DNA of 64,000 nt from Eledone cirrhosa (Eukaryota). The stretch spans positions 34,782,001-34,846,000 of the forward strand of contig OZ024756.1 of NCBI GenBank assembly GCA_964016885.1, written 5' to 3'. The notes below the pieces were generated by a model. It was not told the origin of the DNA and searched no databases. It saw only the letters and a list, made by a program, of their open reading frames with translations. Below are positions 37,360-51,373 of this stretch, piece after piece. Numbering within the stretch: the stretch's first letter is position 1; each line of letters starts with the position of its first letter. Position numbers and translations under genes: made by a program.

Positions 37360-37910
37360 GCGAAGACAACCTCTCTAGTGCAGGGAGCATAAAATGCAAC
37401 CAGTCTACACTGAAATGTTTGTTGGTGAGAAGGGCATCCAGTCGGAAAAAAACCTGCCAAAGTTTGCCAAAAGACACCCTATAATATATGCACTAATTGG
37501 GTATACAGGACTAATGATAATAACCCCTCGATTGACACCAAGCAATCATATATCTTTCCTTTTCATGTACAGAAACCTGCTGCTATCAAATAACACATCT
37601 CAGAGCTGTGACCACTTTAAAAGGTAGACCCGTAGACATTGTAGAGATGCTTGAGCAAAGACGAGTTAGTGCATGTTGTGTTCAAGAGGTGAGATGGAAG
37701 GGAGCCTCAGCCAAGCAAACAGGCAAACAGCTCCATTGTAAGCTCCTTGGGGTAGGAAATGATGGTCGGGTAGATGGAGTAGGCGTTTGAATAGATAAGG
37801 TAATTGAAGTAGAATAAATGACAGGTTTATTAACCTCAAAATGCTCGCAGGCAATAGAATGACAATGGTTGCACCACAAACAGGACAAAGTAAAGAACAA
37901 AAGGAAACGT
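37360..37910 (+). pseudogene. Older RTE LINE 5' fragment (5' UTR + endonuclease start)
   Basis: TLKGRPVDIVEMLEQRRVSACCVQEVRWKGASA is homologous to the 30984 fragment. Confidence 0.8.
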
Positions 37911-38144
37911 TCTTAATTGCTGCAGAGAACAGCCAGCCAGTGATACCCGCTGCATCAGCCATTCCACCTTACTGGGCTCCTTCCACAGGCGGAATACACA
38001 CTTGATGATTTTGCAGAGGAAAACAACAGTTTGAGGATTGGGGACACCAGAGGTCTTAGGAGTGTATAATGTCCCTCCTTCTTCACCCCCTGATAAATTA
38101 ATGGCCTTCTACTAATTCAAAAATCATTATAATTATTATTGATA

Positions 38145-38325
38145 GGCTTTTGCGCATTTTGTTCCGGCTCTTTATGTTCTGAGTTCAAGTACGACCAAGG
38201 TCAATTTTGCCTTTCATCCTTCCGTTGTTTATAAATTAATATACCAGTCAAATACTGAAGTTGGTATAGTCGCTTTATCACCGCCACGGACTCCACCAAA
38301 TTGCTGGCCTTGTACCTAAATTAGA
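38145..38325 (+). mobile_element. Family B SINE
   Basis: GTTCTGAGTTCAAG...GGTCAATTTTGCCTTTCATCCTT...TACCAGTCAAATACTG...AAATTGCTGGCCTTGTACCTAAATTAGA. Confidence 0.7.
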
Positions 38326-39471
38326 GCCTGCTAAAATTATTATGTTCATTTCTGCTTCATCTATCTACCACCCAAAATAATCAACACCACTACCTCACTA
38401 TACCACACCACTACCATCACTATACAACACCACCACTATCGCTATACCATTACATCACCATTATCACTACAACACAACTATCATCACCACCACATCAACA
38501 ACACACTATTACACCACCATTATCACTACAACACAACTATCACCACCACTAACACCACTATCGCTAAACCATTACACCACCAGCATCACTACTACAACGC
38601 CACCACCACCAGCTCCATCACTACTACAACGCCACTACACCACCATCACCACTACCATCAGCTCCATCACCACCACAGTAAGAACCCATTGTCAGCCCAG
38701 CAGCTACATTGCTTGATGTTGCTTCAGATATCTCTGATGATTTGATGTGGTTTGTAACAACAACACTCACCCCCTCCATCTTTCTTTTTGTCTTTATATT
38801 TCTCTTTCTCTCTCTTTATTCTCCATAGAACGGCTAATTTTACTATCTATATAATATCTCTGCCCCCCCCCCCCCGCATATCCCCCCTCTCTCTATCTCT
38901 CTCTCTCTTATACACACACATGCACTCATATATATGTGTGTGTAGCTTGTAAACAGGAATAAATAATGTGTGTATATGTTAGCATACGTACGCGGTTGTT
39001 TATGTTTAATGTGTGTGTTTACACATGTAAGCACACACACACACAGACTAAGATACACACACGTGTGCACCGATATACACACACGTGCGCACACATGTAC
39101 AATGACTGATCACAGAAAATCGCAGGTGAAACTGCCTGCTGATTCTCTCTCCATCCTCTTTCGTCATCTTTTACCGGCTCTCCTCTTACGTTGTCTTTTT
39201 ACTCTCTTTCTCTGCCCCTCCTCTTTCGTTGTCTTTTTACTCTTTCTCTCTCTATATCTCTTGCCATCTTTTACTTCTCTTTCTCTTTACCCTCTTTCCT
39301 TTTCTTTTACCTATTCTCTCTATCTCTTGCCGTCTTTCACTCTCTCTCTCTTGCTATCTTTCACTCTCTCTCTCTTTGCTCGGCTCTTATTCTATCTTTT
39401 GCTCATTCCTCGCTTCTTACTTTCACTCTACCGTTACTTTCTCAACCTCCAACTCTGTCCGTTCTTTCCCT

Positions 39472-39539
<68 letters not shown>

Positions 39540-40532
39540 CGTTGATTCCCTTCCACCTCTCTCTCTCAACCTCCAGCTCTATCCGTTCTTTCCCTTCCAT
39601 CTATCTCCTCATCATGTATGTAAGCTATCTAAGTGCCAACATGTCTGGTGTGGCTGTTGTGAAGATATCAAAGTACCACAGAGGTAGTCAGCCGCCGCCA
39701 TCATCACAACAGTAGTGGTGATGTTGTGGTGGTGCTGGTGATAGTGGTATGTTGTGTAGTGGTGATAGTGGTAGGTTGTGGTGGTGATAGTGGTATGTTG
39801 TGTAGTGGTGATAGTGGTAGGTTGTGGTGGTGATAGTGGTATGTTGTGTTGTGTTGGTGCAGTCGTTGTGGTAGTTATGTTTGTTGTGCTGCTGCCGTGG
39901 TGGTAATAATAGTTGTGGTATGTTGTGTTGTTGCTATTGTGGTGGTGTGTGTTGTGTTACTGCTGTTGTGAACTTATAAAGCACCAGAGGGAGACAGCTA
40001 ACCACCACAACAGTAGTAGTGATGGTGGTGTGTGTTGTGAACATTTAAAGTACCAGAGAGGTAGACAGCCAACCACCACCATCACAACACCAGTAGTGGT
40101 GGTATGTGTTGTGCTGTTGTTGTTTGTGCACCACAGAGTTATCTAGCATCCACCACCACCACCACTACTGCTGTTGTTTTTCATTACTGTGGTGATGGTG
40201 ATGATGCATTAATGTTGTGATGTTGGTGTTGTGTGTTGGCTCTAGTCATAGTTGTGAGGCCAATAACAGACAATGCGACTGTGCGTGTACATATGTGTGT
40301 GTATGGTGTGGAAATGAAACACCAGTTAATTGTGCCCTTTCAATCTCCTACTCCTCCCACCCTCAGTTAAAAATCAACAAGCTCTCTCCTCTCCCCCTCT
40401 CTCTAACATATCACTTTCTCTCTTTCTTACTCCTTCCCTCCTTCTAGTCGCTCATCTCAATAGATTGCTAATTACTGCCAACACTAGGAATTTAGTTACA
40501 TACATATGTAAATATATTCCGTGTGTTTATAT

Positions 40533-40618
<86 letters not shown>

Positions 40619-41456
40619 CTCTCTCTCACTTATATATGTGTGTGTGTGTGTGCAGATACGTACACATACATATATTCCTGTGTGTGTGTGTGTTATATAA
40701 AGCACAGCCGGATTTGACACACACATTTGCACGCATAATTGTCCGTGTATGTATGTATATATATATATACGAGTGTGTGTGTGTGTGTGTCAATGCTTCT
40801 GTACATGTCAGCCGTGTGTTTATGTATGTCTGTGTGTTCGTTCCTAGAGCTTGGCTGTACTTTGTTGTCAAAGTATTGCTACAGCTGCGTGAAAACTGCT
40901 GTTTGTTTGAGACACACTGTGGTTGACACACCACACACACTCATATATATATATATATATGGATATGTATTTATATATCTATATATGTGTGTGTGTAGAA
41001 ATATTGCATACTGTGAGAGAGAGACGACGGGCGCAACAAACAATCACCACCGCCATCACTGCTGATGTTGTCATTGTTGCTGCAGTTGTTGCTGCTGTCA
41101 CTGTTGTTATTGCTGTTGCTGCCATTTCAGTGTTATTAATGATGGATGAGTACTCGGTGTTGCTCCCGTAATAGACCCTCTCCCCCTTTACACACTGCTC
41201 CCACATCTATCAATCTATTTGTGTATGTGTGCGACTCTGTGAATGTGTTTTGGTGCTTGTGTGTCTGTCTGTGTATGTGTGTCGATGACTGTGTGCGTTT
41301 GTGTATATGTGTCGACGCCCCTGTGTCCCAATCGTATCGTATGTGTATATACATCGTGTTTGTTGTTAGTTACACACACTGACAAATCTATATACACTAC
41401 ACAGTAACATCTATATACGTATAGCTACGCACACTGTCAGGTTTCTCACTACATTA

Positions 41457-41497
<41 letters not shown>

Positions 41498-42651
41498 GCA
41501 TACATATACACACACATTGACAGATCTATATGCGACATACAGACTATTGTGGTTAATCAACATGCAGTGTAGTGCAGTGATGTGTTCTATCGCGTAATAC
41601 TGTGGTATGTTCTATAGTGTAGTAGTGTGGTTTGTTCTGTAGTGTAGTAATGTGGTATGTTCTATAGTGTGGTGTGTTCTATTGTGTAGTAGTGTGGTGT
41701 GTTCTATGGTGTAGTAGTGTGGTGTGTTCTATACTGTAGTAGTGTGGTGTGTTCTGTAGTATATTGGTGTCGCCTGTTCACTAGCAAGCCATAAGTATCT
41801 ACTGTACAAATAAATATATAGCTACTGATTTCATGGGGGAGAGAGGGTGGGGCGGGGGGGGGGGGGGGTTTGGAATTATAACAACAATCATATGTCATCA
41901 ACAACAGAGGTAGAGACGAGGGAATGCTGTTGTGGTGGTGATGGTTGTTGTTTTGAGGTGGGGGAGATGGGGTAATGATGGTGTTGTTGATGCTAATAAT
42001 AGTGATGATAGTGATGCTGATAGTGGTGGTAGTGATTATGATCGTGATGTTGGTAACGATGCTGCTGATGATGATCATAGTGGGGGTGATATGATGATGA
42101 TGATGGGGGTTGTTAGTGGTGATGGTGATGGTGGTGCTGGTATTGATGTCGGTGATGGTATTGAGAGTGAGTGGTAAAATATTCTAAAGCAGCCTAGTCA
42201 GTCGATTGGTGATGACCAAGCTTTCAATTGTGGGTTACGGTCTGGTCATATTCACTTGACTTCAAAGTTCGAGGGGTCAGCGATGTCCTTGACACGACAG
42301 CCATGAAATAACAAGTAAAACCATTACAAAACAGAAACACCCTCTTTATCCACCATCTCCTCCTCCTCCTCTTGGCTCAATAATAGGAAATATCCGAGGT
42401 GTTGTTTCTCTCTATCGTCCTATCTAAGCAACTGGCTTTGATATGGTTTTCGTTTGTTGTTGTTGTTGTCGTTGGTATAGTCGTCGTCATCATCATCATC
42501 ATCGTCTTCGTTGTAATTATTATCAGTATTATTGTTATTATTATTATTATTGAGTGTTAACCATGGAAATAATCGATATGTAATACAAATGATTGTGGAT
42601 GAAGCTTAAGGTACCACCGATACAGCCGAGACGGAGAGAGAGTGTTGCTAT

Positions 42652-42848
42652 TAAACCTCTCTCTCTCTCTCTACTACTACTACATCTCTCTCGTGTAAAC
42701 CTTCCTCTCTCTCTCTCTACTACTACATCTCTCTCGTGTAAACCTTCCTCTCTCTCTCTACTACTACATCTCTCTCGTGTAAACCTTCCTCTCTTTCTCT
42801 CTCTCTCTCTATCTATCTATCTACTACTACATCTCTCTCGTGTAAACT
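42652..42848. repeat. ~42-58-bp tandem repeat (4 units with variable CT tract)
   Basis: AAACCTTC(CT)nACTACTACATCTCTCTCGTGT, four copies. Confidence 0.9.
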
Positions 42849-42911
42849 GTCCAACCTGGTTCCATTATCCTGTTGGGAAACTACACATCTGCTCCCACTG
42901 GCAAGCACTGA

Positions 42912-43034
<123 letters not shown>

Positions 43035-43248
43035 CCAAAATTAAATTAAGGGTTGTCATATCTGAGATAGACTATATATATATATATATATATATATAGT
43101 CTATCTCGCTAAGAACTCCACTGAAAAAATAAAGGGAAAAAAATACGAAATATATACACAAAGAAAGTGTGTTTCGCTTAAGAAGGGTGTGTATGTGTGT
43201 TGTGTTAAACAAGTTTGAGTGTATACATATGTATATTTACACATGTGT

Positions 43249-43309
<61 letters not shown>

Positions 43310-44781
43310 ATGTTGTGCTTAGGAAGTGCGCACGCCTGCCACCACAGTCGGTGCCCAACCAAACCCTGTTGTCGTCTTTTATTAGACACTGAGAGTCAAA
43401 GGAATCTGTTCTTGGCCCGTTTATTGGGGTCACTGCCTCCTCCCTCTCCTACAACACACACACACTACCTCCTGCCAACACCAACATACTGCCTCTTCCA
43501 CCTCCTACCACCACCAACAACAACAACAACAAAAATAACCCAAATGAAACTAAAAGCCACCACTGTTTAGTCTGTTAAGTATGGAGTGAGAATGTGTATA
43601 TGTCTGTAAGTGTATGTATGTATATGTATTAGTATCAGTGAAAGATTGATATATGTGTGTGTATGCATATATATATATATATGTGTGTATGCATATATAT
43701 ATATATATGTATGTATGTATATATATATATAAATGAAAGGTATATATATATATATATCGCCCCTCCACCTTCTTCCTAACACCTCCTCCTCTTACCAATC
43801 CCCCACCCCCGCACCGTTACGTACCTCTCCCCTGTCTTTCCCCCTTACTTCCCTCTCTCTATCCCTCCCGCTGAAAAGGAGAAAGAGGAAGATAGAGAGA
43901 TATAGTCATGTGTAGGGGCGTGAAAAGCTGCTCATGAGTCAGCCAGCATCGCCTCCACCCCCTTTAGCATTGCTAGCAGTAGTAGTAATAGTATTTAGTG
44001 GTGGCAGTGGTAGTCAGTAATGACGGTCCCCACCCCCATCACGTCCATTAGAGACCATATTACACATGATCTGCTGCTGCTGCTGCTACTTTTGCAGTTG
44101 TCACCGCCACCTCCATTACCATTTCCCCCTCCACCATCGCCTTCTGCTCCATCGTAACCACCACTACTACCATTAGTAGTAGTAGTAATAATAACAATCC
44201 TGATAATATTAGTGGTAGTAATAGTGGTGGTGCCGGCGGCGGCGTTAGTAGTGTTTGTACAGTGTGTTGGTGGTGGTGTGCCAAGTTTTTCTAAAAAAGC
44301 CTACCCACCCTCCTTCTCCGCCTCTTCTCATCCCCTCTCCCTTCCTTCCTTTCCCTCCCCCGAGTACTTGGGTGTGTGTCGAAGCCTGTCTGTCTGTGTG
44401 TCTGTCTCACTCACTCGCTCACTCTCTCTTTCACTCTGTGTCTCTCTATATCTATCATCTATATATATATGTATATATTTATATATATACATATAAGTAT
44501 GTGTGTGTTAGACATGTATATGTGAATGTGTGTGTATGTATGTGTGAGTGATCAGGTTTTGGTCTCCTCAATGTGGTGGTGGCCTGCCCAGATGATAATA
44601 TACCATGTCATCATTTAATAATATTTATACTAGCACTACTGACGGTTACCTATTTCCAGCCTATTCCACCAACATGCACGCTTTTTACCCCTTTCAAGGT
44701 AAGTGACACCACTTGGACATTTTTTACCCCGCGTATCCTCCTTGTCTCTCTCTCTCTCTCGTCCCTCTTCAAGCTTCCGTC

Positions 44782-44833
<52 letters not shown>

Positions 44834-44842
44834 CACACACAT

Positions 44843-44916
<74 letters not shown>

Positions 44917-45033
44917 ACACACACACCCTCTTTACAAGAGAAAAAAATAATTTATCTTATTTTATAAACCAAAATATCTTCGTTCCATTTCTCCATTTTT
45001 CTTCGTGTTCCTTTCGTTGCTATCATAGAGAAG

Positions 45034-45069
<36 letters not shown>

Positions 45070-45713
45070 CTGGTATATTGTACATATAAACGTATATAAC
45101 ATACACATATGTATGTGTATCTATCGTTCGTTGGGTCAGCCTGTATGATTTAATATCGTCTTCGTTCCGAACAAGAGTGTAAGAGTATTTCTAGGAGGTT
45201 CGTTTGGCTTCTATAGATGGACAATAATCATAATAGTAATATATATATATATATATATATATGTAAACTGTGGGTGGTTTTTCTTCCTCCTCATATAATA
45301 ATCTCTGGCTACTTCTCTCTCTCTATTTCTCCATTATTGATATTGTTGATTCGTTACACACACACACATATATATGCACCTATGTTCGTACATATATACA
45401 CATCCCTATCCGCCTCTCTCCACCTTCTTATCTCGGTTCTTCGGCCACGGAATGATGATGAGAGCTAAAACATCTAATTGATTCTCTCTACTCTCCCTCC
45501 ACCCTCACATCTCTCTCTCTCTCTCTACTCAGTGGCAGCAGTTTAAGTGAGGGCCATCTGTGGCTGGCCCCGACTGCTGCTACTCTCGCCCCCGGGGTCA
45601 ATCATCTCTCACCACTACATATATACACTCACGCTGACATCCTGATGATGCGGAATCAAGCATCGTTTCGCTGCAACTGCTTACCAAACTCCATTTTGGC
45701 ATCTTAATAATCG

Positions 45714-45761
<48 letters not shown>

Positions 45762-45856
45762 TTATGTCTATCTATATAGTGGTTGTTGCTCTAGTTGTGG
45801 TCAGAGGATATATATATATATTTATTTACATACACACCTATATATGTATATATATG

Positions 45857-45898
<42 letters not shown>

Positions 45899-46424
45899 CA
45901 CATGTATACACGCAACACCCCTTCACACACACACACGTAGTGGTGTTTGTTGCTCCAGTAGTGGTCAGTTTGACGACCAGTCTGTCAGCTGTTTACAGCG
46001 GTGAAGGATCACCAGTCTGTTCAATGTACCTACTGACCCCCAACCAACCATGCCAAATCATTTATCGTACAGACACTCTCTACTCACTTCTCCATACTCT
46101 CTCTCTATTTCTCCTTATATTCATACTTTCTCTCCTTTTCACTATGTTTATTCTCTCTCACATTCCCCTCTCTCTACTCAGGTCGATATTGTCTTTCACC
46201 TCCTCCCACTGCATCCTTTCCCTCCCTCTCTCATTCTCCAGTTCGTCCATGTAACAACTATGGACTGAGGGAGGAGGAGGGGGTCTGCCATCTGACCTCT
46301 CGGGTGTTTACACTGACCTTGGCACGCTCTCTCTCTTTCTCTCTCACTACTACAACACATGGACGTTTGTCAATCGAACACCAAACATTGCATTGCTAGA
46401 ACCATATTTCTTCCTTCCGACACA

Positions 46425-46900
46425 CCACCACCACCACCATGAATATCAACACCATCATCATAACAAATATATTCTCTCTCACACAACGTTCTCTATATCA
46501 GCACCACCTCCACCATGAATATTAACACCACCATCATCATAACAAACATATTCTCTTTCTCTCTCATACATACAACGTTCTCTATATCAGTACCATCGCC
46601 ACCACTACCATGGATATTAACACCACCATCATCATCATCATAAACATTCTCTATATCAGTACTACAACTACCACTATTATGATTAATATTATCATCATCG
46701 ACACAACAAACATACTCTTTCTCTCTCACACACAACGTTCTCTATACCAGCAGCACCACCCACCATTACAATGAATAAAATCATCATCAAGATAACATAC
46801 ACACCGTTCTCGATATCTCCACCTTTCTATATCAACACCACCACCACCACCATGAATATCAACATAAGCCATTCACACACGCAGTTCTCTATAGCATCAC
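46425..46900. repeat. Degenerate ~75-95-bp tandem repeat
   Basis: Recurring CACCACCATGAATAT(C/T)AAC...CATCATAAC...ACGTTCTCTATATCAG. Confidence 0.75.
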
Positions 46901-47488
46901 CACCATGTATAACATCATCAACACATGCGTGCGAGCGTTCTCTGTATTACCACCTCTCATTACCACCACCACCGTCGTCATCAATAAGACAAGACAGACA
47001 CTACAATCCTGATGCCATTATTCCGTCATTCTCCTGCTATTCCCAACCCCAGTCCTAGCCATATTTCCGTTCTCAGTTATATATCATTCCATCTCTTCTC
47101 CTTCCTTGTTGATTCCAACTGTTACCATGGAATTCTGGAACTACACACTCCTCCTCTCACCCTCTCTCATATATATATATATAGACACACACATATATTT
47201 ATATATATATTCATAAATATATACACACACACACATACGCGTAATATCCATATATAACTCCATCATTTTATTTATATATATATATATACTCACATATAAT
47301 GTATGTATATAATCATCCAGCTACGATATCACTTAATCAATATCCTATATTTTATTTCATTCCTTTTTTGTAAGTCGAACCAACCAACCAACCCTCCACT
47401 TATCTTTCAACACACACATCACCATATGTTCAGATAGACATACACAGCCCCATACGTATACACACGCACACTCAAAGATTATATATGC

Positions 47489-47538
<50 letters not shown>

Positions 47539-47788
47539 TCCAGTTGTGCCACAAGATTGTCTGTCTCTTTCTTATTCAAGAAAATCGATCAAATAGTTGT
47601 CTTGTGCTAATGTGATCAGAATGTCTTGTGGTCGGGAGCTGCATCAGCGCCACTACATCCCAAACCTCTACTAACTGCTGTCTGCCTTATGTTCACCACG
47701 TCTCAATTCTGTAAACAGATTTAATAATAAGTCTGTGACAATCATTTAGTGTGTATGTATATATATAACACACACTTATATACACACG

Positions 47789-47819
<31 letters not shown>

Positions 47820-47949
47820 TAGCCAAAATTCAAGGAAAAACCATACAATACAATATTAGTTTAACGCTTGATCTGGGAGGAACAGAGTCAACGTTATATA
47901 CTTAATGTATATGTGTGTGTTTGGTTTTACAGTATTAGTATAGGCTAAT

Positions 47950-48088
47950 TATTGTAATGCTAAGATTACTCTCTGTGAATACTCTGAGTTTTCGCAAATA
48001 TCTCTCTGATCGTGTAAAGTTACGTGGTTAGAGACGGGCGAATAGCGAAACTCTGGGTAGGAACAGAGAGTAATCTTAACATACAATA
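47950..48088. mobile_element. Foldback element / MITE-like palindrome
   Basis: Left arm TATTGTAATGCTAAGATTACTCTCTGT...GAGTTTTCGC pairs with right arm GCGAAACTC...ACAGAGAGTAATCTTAACATACAATA; an inner hairpin also pairs. Confidence 0.65.
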
Positions 48089-49316
48089 TATATTTAATAT
48101 CAATATCACGTCTTTCTCTCTCTTTATATATATATATATATATAATGTGTGTGTGTGTGTGTGTGTTTAATGGTAGCTATGGTGCTTCCATAGGCGGTAT
48201 GCCAGTTGAGCACTCTATGTTCTTACAGAGCAGAGTGTGATATAATATATATTTATATATATATATATATTTATATATAAGCTGTCTGTGTAAATAAATA
48301 TATGATAGTAACAACTGTGGTAAATGGTGATGGCGTGTCTGTTATTTTTATCTATCTTATCGTTGTTGTAGTAGTGGTGGTGGTAGTTGGTGTTTGGGGG
48401 TCACTTGAGCTATTGACACCTGTACTATATATATATATGTAGGTCTGTGTTGTATATACATATGTGTGTGTCTGTGTGTTAAAGAACCCATTCACTCTTT
48501 CAGTGTTGCCCTCTTTATTATCTTCCCCTCCCTATCCCGCGTCACTACATCAACAACCCTCCCTTTCTTCACTCATACTCTTTCTAGATATTTTCTCTTC
48601 CCCCTTTACTCACATACTCTTGTTAGCTCCACTCTTTCCCCCTTCCTTCACTCTTTTTAGCTCTGTTCTTCCTCCACCCTTCACTTTTTAGCTATCTTCT
48701 CCCTCTCTCGTTTCTTTCATACCCTTTTTAGCTCTTTTCACTCATACACTTTCTCTCTCCTTTCTTTCTTATACTCTCATTCATCTCTCCGTTTCCGTCT
48801 CAATTTCATTCCCCCCTTCTACTTTCTCTATTACCTATGTACATTCCCTCTCTCGTTTATGTGTGTGTGTGTATACACACACATATGATGTATACACATA
48901 CATCCCAATTATATCCGTTTGAGGTTTATCTGGCATTGGTTTTCTAATCACTTTCTCTTGTAACACATTCACATGCATAGATTCACACACATACAGGCTC
49001 ACACAGATTCAGATACACACTTCACACTGGCACACGCATGCGCACACACGGATATCATGTAATCACTTCCTCCGTTTATCAGTCTTCCCGCCACCACCAC
49101 CACTACCATCACTATAACCATAACCATCATCATCGCTATACGCATCAAAACCATCAATATAACCATGATTATCATCATTATAATAACCGTCGTGACTATC
49201 ACTACTGCTACCATCATCATCGTTAACTACAGCTATAATAATAATGGCTACAATTACACCACCAGTTCTGTTGTTCCGTTCTTTGTAAGAAAAACAAGCC
49301 TCCAGACCAGAACTGT

Positions 49317-49348
<32 letters not shown>

Positions 49349-49386
49349 ATGTAAATATATATATATATATTTAATATCAATATCAA

Positions 49387-49454
49387 TACCTGCATAGAGC
49401 ACTCTTTTTTCCTGGACTTTTCCGACGGAATTACTTCATTCATACATATTTACG

Positions 49455-49523
<69 letters not shown>

Positions 49524-49529
49524 AAATAA

Positions 49530-49573
<44 letters not shown>

Positions 49574-49638
49574 AAATATGTATGAATGAAGTAATTCCGT
49601 CGGAAAAGTCCAGGAAAAAAGAGTGCTCTATGTAGGTA
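49387..49638. repeat. Inverted duplication (~70-80-bp arms) around (TA)n
   Basis: TACCTGCATAGAGCACTCTTTTTTCCTGGACTTTTCCGACGGAATTACTTCATTCATACATATTTAC recurs reverse-complemented with about 1-2 mismatches. Confidence 0.95.
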
Positions 49639-50084
49639 ACAGAGCTTAATAGTTATGTAATAAACAACATAAGGCAATTATTCCATTTACCAGTGGTTTC
49701 TTAAAAGCAAAAAATGTTGCTTTCAATCATCAGAATGAAAAAATCCTGGTCTGTTTATTGAATTTGGATTTTAAAAACAAAAATGCAATCTATATGAAAG
49801 TGAGGCTGGAGAAAGAAGGAAAGGAAAAATAAAATAAAAACACATGCACACACACACAAATGCATACATACACACACACATACATACATACATATCCTTC
49901 TTTCTCCAGCTTCATATATATAGACTATGACATACACATTGACCTATGCACATATGTAATGTGTGTGCGAGTGTATACTTTCTTACGTATAAGTCGCACC
50001 TTTATCCATGATCATGCGACTTTTACATACACGCATTATTATTAAGGATAGTATATTAAGAAATGTGTCTATTCGTAATGTGTG

Positions 50085-50397
50085 AAGGATCCAACATCGC
50101 TTTCGGCGATGAGCATCCAGTTCCAACGCGGGGAGGGGGAATTAACGTGTAAGTGGTTTAGTATTCTACAGGCACGTGTACCCTTAATTCGTAAGCCGAA
50201 TCGGGGTAAAACTATGTGTGGTAATAGTGGATCTTCCAATTACAGATACAATCCATCCGTCGGGCTTCCGCACAATTTCTGTCTACAAGGTGTGAGGCAA
50301 CCCGAGGCTATGGTAAATGCACTCGCTTAAATGTTAACTTCGTGAAATAGGACCCGAACTTCCTGATGGCGAAGCGAACCGTTTCACCATTCAGGCT
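50085..50397 (-). mobile_element. Degenerate family C SINE
   Basis: CGGGCTTCCGCACAATTTCTGTCTAC...GAGGCT, shared with 52320-52450 (CGGGCTCCCGAAGTTTCCATCTAC...AAGGCT). Confidence 0.5.
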
Positions 50398-50414
50398 TTG
50401 GTCCACTATAAATA

Positions 50415-50512
50415 CAGTGTGCCCCCCAAAAATGTATACACACTTTCATTACCTGTACAGGCAATATTTATTAGAATGCTGTTTAAGTGTATACATTTTG
50501 GGGGACACTCTG
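50415..50512. mobile_element. Tc1/mariner-type MITE (98 bp)
   Basis: TA|CAGTGTGCCCCCCAAAAATGTATACAC...GTGTATACATTTTGGGGGACACTCTG|TA: about 27-bp TIRs with TA flanks. Confidence 0.85.
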
Positions 50513-50734
50513 TATGTAGGACAACATTGGCTGATATGACCCTTTATTAAGACGATAGGGTGTGCTTTGAAGGCATCTGGTTGTTACTTCTTGAGAATGT
50601 TGAGCGATGGTGTTAGTAGGCAAGGCAAGTCCTAGATTAAGATTTAACTTAATTGTTCCTTCTCACCACCACCAAAATGTGTGGCGTGGCTGTTTGCCAA
50701 CGTTAGACATTGTTGTTAGCGCCGAGTGTTTATT

Positions 50735-51058
50735 CTGGCTCTTTCATTCTGAGTTCAAATCCGGTCGATGTCAACTTAGTTTTTCGTCCTTCCGGGTTTG
50801 ACAGGTCAAGTACTGGAGTCATTGTAATCGACTTTGCCCTGTCATCGAAGATTGTTGGTCTTGTGTCTGAATTAGAAGTGGATTAGTGGAATCGTTAGTG
50901 TTTGGGATGAAATGCTTTGCGGTATTGTCTTTACGTCCTGAGTTCAAATCCTGCTGAGGCCACCTTTGTTATTGTTGTTTATTTATTTTTTTAGGTCGTT
51001 AAAATAAAGTATCCTTCAAAATTGCTAGCCTTGTGCCAAAAGTAGACAATTATTATTA
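50735..51058 (+). mobile_element. Two tandem family B SINEs
   Basis: CTGAGTTCAAATCC occurs twice, each followed later by TTG(C/T)T(G/A)G(T/C)CTTGTG; the same family as 38145 and about 55100-55290. Confidence 0.65.
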
Positions 51059-51319
51059 CACGTGACATGGCAATTTCATTTGTAGAATTTCTTTCTTTGT
51101 CAGTTTGATAGCTTGTTAATAACTGTGTTTAATAGGCAAGTTATGCGAGGAAGTGTGTATAATATATATATATAGGATGAGGGGGGAGGGTTGTCGTTAA
51201 TAGCCCAGCTATGTGAGGAAGTGTATAGTATATATATACACACACACTATATATCCTTTTACTTGTTAAGTATTCCAATTAGCTATATGGAACTGTACGT
51301 ATGTGTGTGTGTATGTATG

Positions 51320-51373
<54 letters not shown>

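Noticed and set aside
44060-44284. 74-aa hydrophobic ORF resembling a signal or transmembrane peptide
   Set aside because: Non-ATG start, and the hydrophobic run derives from (TAC/TAT)n triplets.
45641-45672. CTGATGA followed by a hairpin (hammerhead or C/D snoRNA)
   Set aside because: No GAAA after the stem, and no downstream D box with a terminal stem.
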